DNA from: Chitinophaga pinensis
GTDB lineage: Bacteria > Bacteroidota > Bacteroidia > Flavobacteriales_D > Crocinitomicaceae
Assembly (NCBI GenBank): GCA_945892995.1
Contig: CAMDDR010000001.1
Coordinates: forward strand, 5,481-69,480
DNA: 64,000 nt
Reading direction: 5' to 3'
Positions 42,303 through 50,833 of the stretch are shown one piece after another. The notes under the pieces are model-generated. The model made no database searches. It worked only from the letters and a program-made list of their open reading frames with translations, and was not told the origin of the DNA. The stretch's first letter is position 1, and the number at the start of each line of letters is the position of its first letter. The position numbers and the translations under genes are program-made.

Positions 42303-43550
42303 ATGGCCAATTTAAAAACTAAATTTTATTCTTTTGGTGCCATAGATGTTGCCATTCTGATCAATGCTGTAGGATTAAATTTTATAAAATTTGTGCCAAT
42401 TGGTTTAATTGTATTAGTACTTGCTTGGTTGTACGAATCATTTATTGCAAAAACAATAAACCTAGACTTCAAGACTAAGTCTGTAAAAAAATCGCTGATA
42501 ATACTCACTATTCCTTTTTCTTTAGCCCTTTTAGGTTTGATTCAAACTTCAAATTTATCTAAAGGATTTGAAGATTTATCTCGCCTTTTACCTTTTTTAG
42601 TTTTTCCGGTTTTACTATTAAGTTTACCACATGATAGAAAAAAAAAGCTACTTACAACAGTACTTTTTGGATTTACTTTCGGACTATTTATCCGTTTTGG
42701 ACTTGACTTCTATAAATCTGCAATTGACTACACTTATGATTACAAAATTCAAAATTTTTTCTACACATACTTAGATTCCGACACAAATATTATATCAATC
42801 ATAACACTTTTTTCTGTCCTTTATTTATTAGATTACTTGCTTTCAAAAAATGAAATTTCAAACAGAAAAAATGTTCTAATTCACTTAATTGTTCTATTCT
42901 TAAGCTTCTGCATTTTGCTATTACAAAGTAGACTTGTGATTTTATTTTTCTTTGTATCCTTGGGAATTATTTTCATTATTTATTGGAAAAATAAACAAAA
43001 ATGGAGTATCTTCAAAACAGGTATTTTTTGTGGTTTATTGATGCTCATACCAGTTTTTAAAGGTAGATTTCAAGTTGTGGCCACCGAAAGTAAAAAGCTG
43101 AACACTACTAACACAAATATTGTTTCAGATTCCATTCCCATTGAAAGTTTGCCTTGTATGTCATCCGAAGAATTACGTTTTAATTCACTGAAATCTAGTT
43201 GGAAAATCTTTCTTCAACATCCAATCATAGGTGTTGGAACTGGAGATTGGCGCGATGAACTCTTAAAAGAATACATAGATTCAAATTTGCAGTGTAACGC
43301 TCATGAGCAAACAGCTCCGCACAATCAATACTTGCGAACCCTTTTGAAATATGGTATCCTTGGTTTCTTAATTTACTTATATTATATTTTTAAATTATTC
43401 CATTTTTCCCGTTCCAAAAAGCTATTCGGACAAATTCCATTTTTATTGACATTGATTTTTTGCGGTTTAGGTTATGATTTGTTAGACGTTGGTTCTTCAG
43501 CGCCATTTTTTGCATTTTTTTCCACTTGGTTGTTTATTGACGAAAAGTAA
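42303..43550 (+). CDS. O-antigen polymerase / ligase family membrane protein (Wzy_C-like)
   Basis: 415 aa, about 10 TM; periplasmic loop followed by QTAPHNQYLRTLLKYGILGF, resembling the Wzy_C H-N-x-Y-L motif. Confidence 0.75.
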   Translation: MANLKTKFYSFGAIDVAILINAVGLNFIKFVPIGLIVLVLAWLYESFIAKTINLDFKTKSVKKSLIILTIPFSLALLGLIQTSNLSKGFEDLSRLLPFLVFPVLLLSLPHDRKKKLLTTVLFGFTFGLFIRFGLDFYKSAIDYTYDYKIQNFFYTYLDSDTNIISIITLFSVLYLLDYLLSKNEISNRKNVLIHLIVLFLSFCILLLQSRLVILFFFVSLGIIFIIYWKNKQKWSIFKTGIFCGLLMLIPVFKGRFQVVATESKKLNTTNTNIVSDSIPIESLPCMSSEELRFNSLKSSWKIFLQHPIIGVGTGDWRDELLKEYIDSNLQCNAHEQTAPHNQYLRTLLKYGILGFLIYLYYIFKLFHFSRSKKLFGQIPFLLTLIFCGLGYDLLDVGSSAPFFAFFSTWLFIDEK

Positions 43551-44764
43551 TGAAATTATTAATTCTCACTCAGTATTATCCTCCAGAAATTGGCGCTCCA
43601 CAAAATCGCTTGCATGAATTAGCTGTACGACTGAAAGCTGCAGGAATAGAAATTGACGTACTTACCGCCTTGCCGAATTATCCGAGAATGGAAATTATGA
43701 ATAGCTATGAAAATCGGAAAAATAGGTATGAGGAAATAGACGGCATTCCTATTCATAGATCGTGGATTTATGTCACAAAATCTAAAGGTATTTTTTCGAG
43801 ATTGTTGATCTATTTCAGCTTTGTTTGGTCAAGTTATTGGAAGGGGCGAAAAATGAAAAAGTATGATTATTTGTTAGTTGAAAGCCCTCCCCTATTTTTG
43901 GGTTATTCCGCGATGGTATTGTCGAAAAAATTAAACGCAAAATTGATTTTCAATGTTTCTGACTTATGGCCTGAAAGTGCGAAAAAATTAAGAATTGTCA
44001 CTAATAAAATAGCCCTGAATTTAGCCTATAAATTAGAAGCAAAATGCTATAAACAAGCGTTTTTAATTACAGGTCAAACACAAGGGATAGTGGACAATAT
44101 TCGCACTCGTTTTCCAGATAAAAAAGTCTATTGGCTACCAAATGGTGTTGATGTTTCATTTTATAATCCATCTCAAATTCAACCAGGAAATTTCAGAGAC
44201 ATAAACGGTTTTAGCAAAGAAGAAATTCTTTTTTTCTACGGAGGAATTATTGGACACGCACAAGGTTTGGAAGTGATTTTAAATGCTGCCAATTTACTTC
44301 GAGAAAACTCGAAAATTCAATTTGTTATTCAAGGTTCTGGACCAGAAAAAGAGATGCTATTGGAATTAAAAAAGACTTTGAAACTGAATAATGTTCATTT
44401 TTTGGAACCTGTCAGCAAAATAGAAATGCCTGCGATTTTGAAATCTATTGATGTCGCTTTGGTTCCTCTAAAAAATCTAACCTTATTTAAAGGAGCCATT
44501 CCATCCAAAGTTTTTGAAGCTCTTGCAATGGAGGTTCCATTGCTTCTTGGTGTTGACGGTGAAGCAAGAAATCACTTTATCGAAAAAGGGAAAGCGGGTT
44601 TATTTTTCCAACCTGAAAATGCCGACGAGCTAGCCAAACAAGCTCTATTTCTAGCTGAAAATTTAGTTGAAAGACTTGAAATGGGTAAAAATGCAAGACG
44701 GTATGTTACTGAAAATTTTGATCGAGAGAAAATTGCGAATGATTTTATGAGACAATTAGAATGA
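43550..44764 (+). CDS. glycosyltransferase family 4, WbuB/WcaI-like
   Basis: 404 aa; N-terminus MKLLILTQYYPPEIGAPQNRLHELA...LTALPNYP characteristic of the WbuB-like subgroup. Confidence 0.88.
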   Translation: MKLLILTQYYPPEIGAPQNRLHELAVRLKAAGIEIDVLTALPNYPRMEIMNSYENRKNRYEEIDGIPIHRSWIYVTKSKGIFSRLLIYFSFVWSSYWKGRKMKKYDYLLVESPPLFLGYSAMVLSKKLNAKLIFNVSDLWPESAKKLRIVTNKIALNLAYKLEAKCYKQAFLITGQTQGIVDNIRTRFPDKKVYWLPNGVDVSFYNPSQIQPGNFRDINGFSKEEILFFYGGIIGHAQGLEVILNAANLLRENSKIQFVIQGSGPEKEMLLELKKTLKLNNVHFLEPVSKIEMPAILKSIDVALVPLKNLTLFKGAIPSKVFEALAMEVPLLLGVDGEARNHFIEKGKAGLFFQPENADELAKQALFLAENLVERLEMGKNARRYVTENFDREKIANDFMRQLE

Positions 44765-44813
44765 GTTTTTGCTTTCAAAGGACACTATTTATTGAAAATC
44801 ATTACTTTTGACC

Positions 44814-46022
44814 ATGATTCCTTTTTCACCACCTCGTATTGATCAAAAAGTTATTGATGAAGTGACGGCAGCTTTGAAAAGTGGATGGATCACAACTGGT
44901 CCAAGAACGAAATTATTTGAAAAGAAAATTACAGAATACTGTGGCTGCAAAACAACAGTAGCAGTAAACTCCTGGACAATGGGAGTTCAAGTTCTCTTAA
45001 ATTGGTGGGGTATCAAAGAAGGTGACGAGGTTATTTTACCAGCTTACACCTATTGCGCAAGTGCCAACGTCATTATTCATGCGGGAGCTAAACCAGTAAT
45101 GGTTGATATCAACAAGGAAGATTTCAATATTTCTATTGCCGCAATAAGAAAAGCAATAAGTCCAAAAACAAAAGCAATTATGGCCGTTGATTTGGGTGGT
45201 TTTCCCTGCGATTACAATGAAATAAATGCTTTGGTAAACGAAAAAGAAATAAAAGAACAATTTAACCCAAATTCAGATTTACAAAAACAACTCGGACGTA
45301 TTTTAATAATTAGCGATGCTGCACACAGCTTTGGTGCTGAGTTAAATGGCAAACGATCTGGTTCCTTAACAGATATTTCTGCCTTTTCCTTTCATGCTGT
45401 CAAAAATTTAACAACAGCGGAAGGTGGCGCACTTTGTTTTAATCTTCCTGAAGAATTTAATCACGAAGAAATTTATACGAAATTTTGTACGATGATCTTG
45501 CACGGGCAGAATAAAGATGCGCTACAAAAAACACAAAAAGGAAATTGGCGCTATGATGTGGAAGAACCTGGTTTTAAATGTAATATGACCGACTTACAGG
45601 CAGCAATAGGTTTGGTAGAATTAGAAAGATATCAAGAAAATTTAGATAGAAGAAAAAGGATTTTTGAATTATATGATACTACCTTTAAAGAGGAAAATTG
45701 GGCACTTATTCCACTGCATACAACAAATGAAAAGATTACTAGCTACCACTTATACCAATTACGAATAAATGGAATTACTGAAAATATACGCGATAAAATA
45801 ATGCAAGAAATTTTTAATCAGGATGTTTCAGTAAATGTTCATTTTTTACCCTTACCAACATTAACCGCCTACAAAAATTCTGGCTATAACATTAATGATT
45901 ATCCGGAAACTTGGAATAAATACCAAAATGAAATTTCACTACCTGTCTATTTTGATTTAACTGATGAACAGGTTCAAACCGTTATCAAAGCTGTGGTATC
46001 TTCAGTTCAGAAACATATTTAA
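44814..46022 (+). CDS. DegT/DnrJ/EryC1/StrS-family PLP-dependent sugar aminotransferase
   Basis: The track start at 44808 is TTG; the ATG at 44814 gives MIPFSPPRI. PLP-lysine context SFHAVKNLTTAEGG. Confidence 0.9.
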   Translation: MIPFSPPRIDQKVIDEVTAALKSGWITTGPRTKLFEKKITEYCGCKTTVAVNSWTMGVQVLLNWWGIKEGDEVILPAYTYCASANVIIHAGAKPVMVDINKEDFNISIAAIRKAISPKTKAIMAVDLGGFPCDYNEINALVNEKEIKEQFNPNSDLQKQLGRILIISDAAHSFGAELNGKRSGSLTDISAFSFHAVKNLTTAEGGALCFNLPEEFNHEEIYTKFCTMILHGQNKDALQKTQKGNWRYDVEEPGFKCNMTDLQAAIGLVELERYQENLDRRKRIFELYDTTFKEENWALIPLHTTNEKITSYHLYQLRINGITENIRDKIMQEIFNQDVSVNVHFLPLPTLTAYKNSGYNINDYPETWNKYQNEISLPVYFDLTDEQVQTVIKAVVSSVQKHI

Positions 46023-46030
46023 TAAGCTAC

Positions 46031-46621
46031 ATGAAAAGAATTTTCGATGTTCTTTTTTCCTTAATTGTTATCCTTTGTTTTTTTCCGCTTGGATTAATTA
46101 TCTCCATCTTGATTAAATTATCTTCCTCTGGCGGAATATTTTACAGTCAAATTCGAATTGGAAAAAATGCTAAGTCCTTTAAAATCTATAAATTTAGATC
46201 TATGAAAATAGATTCCGATCATTCTCAAAAATTAACAATTGGAATGAAAGATCCGCGCATAACAAGTATTGGCTTTTTTATTCGCAAATATAAATTAGAT
46301 GAATTTCCACAATTTATAAATGTTTTAATCGGAAATATGAGCATTGTTGGTCCTCGACCAGAAGTGAAAGAATATGTTGACCGATACTCCGATGAACAAA
46401 GAAAAATCCTTAGCCTGAAGCCAGGAATTACAGATTATGCATCTATAGAATATTTTAAAGAGAATGAACTTTTAGCTGCTTCTTCAGACCCTGAAAAAAC
46501 ATACATTGAAGAAATTATGCCTGCAAAATTAAAGCTGAATGAAAAATACTTAGAGAATCAAAGTCTAGGTCACGATATCCAAATTATTTGGAAAACTATT
46601 AAAAAAGTTCTTAAAAATTAA
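46031..46621 (+). CDS. small monotopic phosphoglycosyl transferase (bacterial sugar transferase, PglC/WcfS-like)
   Basis: 196 aa; N-terminal re-entrant helix, KLDEFPQFINVL...IVGPRP catalytic region. Confidence 0.9.
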   Translation: MKRIFDVLFSLIVILCFFPLGLIISILIKLSSSGGIFYSQIRIGKNAKSFKIYKFRSMKIDSDHSQKLTIGMKDPRITSIGFFIRKYKLDEFPQFINVLIGNMSIVGPRPEVKEYVDRYSDEQRKILSLKPGITDYASIEYFKENELLAASSDPEKTYIEEIMPAKLKLNEKYLENQSLGHDIQIIWKTIKKVLKN

Positions 46622-46691
46622 TTTGTTTCTTGTTGGATTAACTCAACTTATTCACTAACTTAATGTAGATAATATTTAAATTATTCTATTT

Positions 46692-48236
46692 ATGTTAGTC
46701 AAAACCTACTCCAGTACAGTGTTTGGAATAAATGCCACCACAATTACAATCGAAGTAAATTTAGAAATCGGTATTAACTTTTATTTGGTGGGGCTTCCTG
46801 ATAATGCGGTTAAAGAAAGTCAACAACGCATAAAAGCTGCATTTAAAAATAATAATCTCAAATTTCCAGGTAGAGAAATTACCGTAAATATGGCGCCAGC
46901 TGATATTCGCAAAGAAGGTTCTGTTTTTGATTTGCCAATTGCCATAGGAATTTTAGCGGTGAGCAAGCAAGTAAAATTAGAATTACTAAGCAAGTATATT
47001 TTAATTGGGGAACTCTCACTTGATGGATCTATTCAATCCACAAGAGGGATTTTGGCTATTGCGCTGCAAGCAAAAGAAGAGGGATTTAAAGGAATCATCG
47101 TTCCAAAAGCAAATGCCCTTGAAGCTGCTGTGGTAAATGATTTGGAAGTCTATGGTGCCGAAAATTTATCAGAAGTTATAAAATTTTTAAATCAAGAAAA
47201 AGGAGGAATGCAACAAACAATTGTTGATGTAGAAAAGCAATTTGGACAATTAATTGAGGACTTTGAGCTTGATTTTAGAGATGTAAAAGGACAAATGAAC
47301 ATTAAAAGAGCCTTTGAAATTGCAGCTTCTGGTGGTCACAATGTTATTCTAATTGGTCCACCTGGCTCAGGAAAATCAATGCTTGCGAAACGATTAGGAA
47401 GTATTTTGCCTCCCATGAGTTTAGATGAAGCACTAGAAACTACAAAAATTCACAGTATAGCGGGGAAAGTCAAAGGACAAGTTGGGATTATTTCTCAACG
47501 ACCATTTAGAAAACCACATCACACTATTTCTGATATTGGATTAATCGGCGGCGGTTCTTATCCACAACCTGGAGAGATCTCCTTAGCTCACAATGGCGTT
47601 CTTTTTTTAGATGAGTTACCAGAATACAAAAGAACGGTGCTAGAAGTCATGCGTCAACCACTAGAAGATCGAACGGTTAATATTTCTCGAGCAAAATTCT
47701 CAATCGACTATCCCGCTAGTTTTATGTTAGTTGCAGCAATGAATCCTTGTCCGTGTGGTTACTACAATCACCCCGAAAAAGAATGCGTTTGCGGACCTGG
47801 AGTTGTGCAACGCTATTTAAACAAAATTTCTGGTCCTTTACTTGATCGAATAGATATTCATGTTGAGGTGACACCTATTTCATTTAATGAATTAGCAAAT
47901 TCCAAACCCACTGAAGGAAGTAAAGAAATAAGAGAACGTGTTGGAGCTGCAAGAACTATTCAGAGAAACAGGTATCTATTAAGAAATGGTATTCACTGCA
48001 ATGCGCAAATGACAATGAAGGAGTTTGAAATATATTGTAAAATTGATGAAGCAGGAAGTCACTTATTAAAAACTGCAATGGATAAAATGGGGCTTTCTGC
48101 TCGTGCTTATGATAGAATATTAAAAGTTGCTCGGACAATAGCCGATTTAGAGTCTGCAGAAAAAATTGAAGCTACGCATATTGCTGAGGCAATTCAATAT
48201 AGAAGTTTAGATCGGACTAATTGGGCATTGAATTGA
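46692..48236 (+). CDS. comM: YifB/ComM family Mg-chelatase-like AAA+ ATPase
   Basis: 514 aa; Lon-like N-terminal domain, Walker A GPPGSGKS, LFLDELPE Walker B, Cys-cluster CPCGYYNHPEKECVC. Confidence 0.93.
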   Translation: MLVKTYSSTVFGINATTITIEVNLEIGINFYLVGLPDNAVKESQQRIKAAFKNNNLKFPGREITVNMAPADIRKEGSVFDLPIAIGILAVSKQVKLELLSKYILIGELSLDGSIQSTRGILAIALQAKEEGFKGIIVPKANALEAAVVNDLEVYGAENLSEVIKFLNQEKGGMQQTIVDVEKQFGQLIEDFELDFRDVKGQMNIKRAFEIAASGGHNVILIGPPGSGKSMLAKRLGSILPPMSLDEALETTKIHSIAGKVKGQVGIISQRPFRKPHHTISDIGLIGGGSYPQPGEISLAHNGVLFLDELPEYKRTVLEVMRQPLEDRTVNISRAKFSIDYPASFMLVAAMNPCPCGYYNHPEKECVCGPGVVQRYLNKISGPLLDRIDIHVEVTPISFNELANSKPTEGSKEIRERVGAARTIQRNRYLLRNGIHCNAQMTMKEFEIYCKIDEAGSHLLKTAMDKMGLSARAYDRILKVARTIADLESAEKIEATHIAEAIQYRSLDRTNWALN

Positions 48237-48278
48237 AATATAGAATTCAAATTATAGCAGAATCAAAAGTCTTTTATA

Positions 48279-48298
48279 GTTACAGCAGTAACTTTTTT
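48279..48298 (+). terminator. weak candidate terminator after comM
   Basis: 6-bp stem agttac / gtaact, loop agca, then TTTTTT; short and AT-rich. Confidence 0.3.
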
Positions 48299-48323
48299 CG
48301 AGGATTTTTTAAAAAGAAATTAG

Positions 48324-48331
48324 TATATTTG
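48324..48331 (+). promoter_or_regulatory. -7 promoter box (TATATTTG) for tRNA-His
   Basis: Matches TAnnTTTG; 14 nt upstream of the first tRNA nucleotide. Confidence 0.45.
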
Positions 48332-48345
48332 TAGCCAATAAAAAT

Positions 48346-48420
48346 GGAGGTTGTAGCTCAGTTGGTTAGAGCGTCGGTTTGTGGTACCGAAGGTCGCGGG
48401 TTCGAGACCCGTCTCCCTCC
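48346..48420 (+). tRNA. tRNA-His (anticodon GTG) with encoded G-1
   Basis: Hand-folded cloverleaf: 8-nt 5' acceptor strand GGAGGTTG (extra G-1 typical of His), D arm GCTC/GAGC, anticodon stem TCGGT/ACCGA, loop TTGTGGT, T arm GCGGG-TTCGAGA-CCCGT; the acceptor stem has two mismatches (see findings). Confidence 0.8.
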
Positions 48421-48426
48421 CACTTT

Positions 48427-48460
48427 AAAAAGGCTGATTAAATTCGGCCTTTTTATTTCT
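48427..48460. terminator. bidirectional rho-independent terminator (tRNA-His on plus, hypothetical gene on minus)
   Basis: 8-bp stem aaaaaggc / gccttttt, 12-nt loop, flanked by A-run and T-run; lies between convergent genes. Confidence 0.5.
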
Positions 48461-48479
48461 GTAAGTTATTCGAAAAAGA

Positions 48480-49619
48480 TTAATTAGTATCCCAATCAAA
48501 ACGCTTTTTCTGATATGGGAAAACATCTAGAAGTTCTCCTGAATAATAAAATTCAAAAGCTACAGCACCAAAGGTATATTGACTTTCTCCAACTTGATAA
48601 TTTGAGCCTCCTACACTCGGATTTTTCTTTGGCTTTGATTTACTATAGCCTAAGTTAAAAAGTGATGCTAATATTTCAGGTCGATTGTCCAAAGGAAAAC
48701 CGGCGCGTTCCCATTGCATTTTTATTTGTTTTACAAAAAGTGCAGCGTATAAATATGAATAATAATGGTCATTGAATTGAACGAGGCGTCTTAATCGAAC
48801 ACTCATTGTATCATTTATTGAATTAATATAGCTTTGCGTACTATCATAATCTAAAAGATGCTCGTATTTTTTTCCTAAATAATATTCGCTATTGGGGTCT
48901 TTAAGATAACGTTCAATATTCATAGCTGTATGTTCTTTTATACCTGTTACACCGTAAGAAAGATTATTTTCCAATACCAATGATTGCAGTGGACTTATAT
49001 ATTTTTTAAACGACTCACGTCTTGAATTAAATAAGCGAATTTGCTCTCCGGCCAGACACGAAACTATTAATCTGCCTTCAACTCCTGTTATTTTTGCAAC
49101 AGAATCAATACATTTTTTATCTTTTTGAACAGCAATTCTAAATGCTTTCCATTCCCCTACATTCATCCAATCAAATACACTCAAACCTGTTGTTTTTCGT
49201 TTTTTTAATTTACTATTTCGCATCTCTTGAAGTGCATTTCGATATTCTTGATTAGTTTTCATTTTTAAATCTACAGCATCTAGCATTTGAAGTGTTAATT
49301 TTTCATCTTGATTTCTAGCCCAAGCATCCAAAATATATTTTGCATTTAAAGGATAAAATTCATTTAACACAATAATGCGATTTAGAGCCTCATAACGGTA
49401 TTTTTGCATTGAAATACTGTCAATTCTAAAGGACTGATTGTATTTATCATGCATGTTTTGAAAATAACGATTATTGGAATCAATCATACCATTATCTTTT
49501 GTCCATTCAAATTTCATTGCAAAATATGTTACAGTCAAGAAAAAGCCATAAATAGAAAAAGCATACAATAAAATAGTATAAGGAATTCTAAACCATTTAT
49601 TTTTAAAAAACTTAAGCAT
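48480..49619 (-). CDS. hypothetical membrane-anchored protein
   Basis: 379 aa, single N-terminal TM helix (IPYTILLYAFSIYGFFLTVTYFA); no motif I can assign with confidence; last gene of a co-directional block. Confidence 0.6.
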   Translation of the reverse strand: MLKFFKNKWFRIPYTILLYAFSIYGFFLTVTYFAMKFEWTKDNGMIDSNNRYFQNMHDKYNQSFRIDSISMQKYRYEALNRIIVLNEFYPLNAKYILDAWARNQDEKLTLQMLDAVDLKMKTNQEYRNALQEMRNSKLKKRKTTGLSVFDWMNVGEWKAFRIAVQKDKKCIDSVAKITGVEGRLIVSCLAGEQIRLFNSRRESFKKYISPLQSLVLENNLSYGVTGIKEHTAMNIERYLKDPNSEYYLGKKYEHLLDYDSTQSYINSINDTMSVRLRRLVQFNDHYYSYLYAALFVKQIKMQWERAGFPLDNRPEILASLFNLGYSKSKPKKNPSVGGSNYQVGESQYTFGAVAFEFYYSGELLDVFPYQKKRFDWDTN

Positions 49620-49650
49620 AAGCGATAGAAAAATTTTAATTCATGATTTA

Positions 49651-50127
49651 TTATTGGAAAGTACCGAAGCCAAAAGGCAATAAATTTTGGACTGAATCTA
49701 TGCACATAGTTCTATTATCCTGATTTACAAGAATAATACGAATAGGTTTATTTTGACGGTTTTCAGATTCAAGCATCACCTGTCGGCAAGCACCGCAGGG
49801 AGAAAGTAGCTGACTTATAGGCATTAAATCTCCTTTGGCAACAATACAAATCAAATCAACTACTATTCCAGGAAATTGCGCACCAGCATGAAATAACGCT
49901 ACTCTTTCTGCACAAAGTCCAGACGGATAAGCGATATTTTCTTGATTATTTCCTTGAATTATCTGACCATCTTCTAAAAGAAGTGCTGCACCAACTTTAA
50001 ACTTGCTGTAGGGAGCATATGCGTTTTCCATCGCTTCAAAAGCTTTGTTAACTACAGATATTTCTACTGTCTGAAGACTTTCCCAATTTGGATAAAGTTG
50101 AAATTTAAAACTGTATTCTTTTTGCAC
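49651..50127 (-). CDS. cdd: cytidine deaminase
   Basis: 158 aa; zinc motifs CAERVA and PCGACRQ. Confidence 0.93.
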   Translation of the reverse strand: MQKEYSFKFQLYPNWESLQTVEISVVNKAFEAMENAYAPYSKFKVGAALLLEDGQIIQGNNQENIAYPSGLCAERVALFHAGAQFPGIVVDLICIVAKGDLMPISQLLSPCGACRQVMLESENRQNKPIRIILVNQDNRTMCIDSVQNLLPFGFGTFQ

Positions 50128-50179
50128 CTGAAGCTATACGCAAAAGGAATTCTTTTGTTCCGAAAAATCTAAAATTAAA

Positions 50180-50833
50180 CTAAGAGAATAGAGAACTCCC
50201 AATTCGCACCATTGTACTCCGTTCTTCAATAGCAAGTTGAAAATCACCACTCATACCCATTGAAACTTCATTAAAAGAAGTTTGATCAGAGAAATAGTCG
50301 GATTTTATTTCACTAAATATAGCCTGCAAAGCTTTGAATTCATTTCTAATTTGATTTGTGTCATCTACAAAAGATGCCATTCCCATTACGCCTATAATTT
50401 TAATATTTTGTAATACTGAATAACTCTCTGACGATAATAATAGCTTCGCCTCCTCCCTACTCAATCCAAACTTCGTTTCTTCATCTGCAATATAAAATTG
50501 TAAAAGACAAGCTATAACTCTGTTGTGTTTTAATGCTTGTTTATTTATTTCTTGAAGTAATTTCAAACTATCTACAGCATGAATCAAATGAACAAATTCA
50601 GCAATGTATTTTACTTTGTTGGTTTGTAAATGTCCAATTAAATGCCATTGAATATCTTTTGGAAGGGCACTGGCTTTTTCGCTCAACTCTTGCACTTTAT
50701 TTTCTCCAAAATGCCTTTGACCTAAATTATATGCTTCTAAAATTAGTTCTTTTGGTTTAGTCTTAGAAACAGCAACTAAACAAACATTTTCTGGAATTTG
50801 AGACCTAATAATTTTAAAATTTTCAGAAATCAT
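50180..50833 (-). CDS. yggS: YggS-family pyridoxal-phosphate homeostasis protein
   Basis: 217 aa; LVAVSKTKP (PLP lysine), HLIGHLQTNKVK motif. Confidence 0.92.
   Translation of the reverse strand: MISENFKIIRSQIPENVCLVAVSKTKPKELILEAYNLGQRHFGENKVQELSEKASALPKDIQWHLIGHLQTNKVKYIAEFVHLIHAVDSLKLLQEINKQALKHNRVIACLLQFYIADEETKFGLSREEAKLLLSSESYSVLQNIKIIGVMGMASFVDDTNQIRNEFKALQAIFSEIKSDYFSDQTSFNEVSMGMSGDFQLAIEERSTMVRIGSSLFS

Noticed and set aside
37575-48460. Polysaccharide locus plus comM as a tRNA-His-associated genomic island.
   Set aside because: There is no integrase or recombinase and no direct repeat of the tRNA 3' end that I could spot at the other boundary. The tRNA lies downstream of comM, which is a core gene. 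The locus looks like a normal variable glycan locus rather than an integrative element.
48700-49100. Loose resemblance in the 379-aa hypothetical protein to lytic-transglycosylase motif order (AGEQIR ... YGVTGIK ... LFNLGYS versus ES ... GLMQ ... AYNAG).
   Set aside because: The spacing between the first two elements is much longer than in SLT domains, and the residues are only loosely similar. This is not enough to make a functional call without profile or structure searches.
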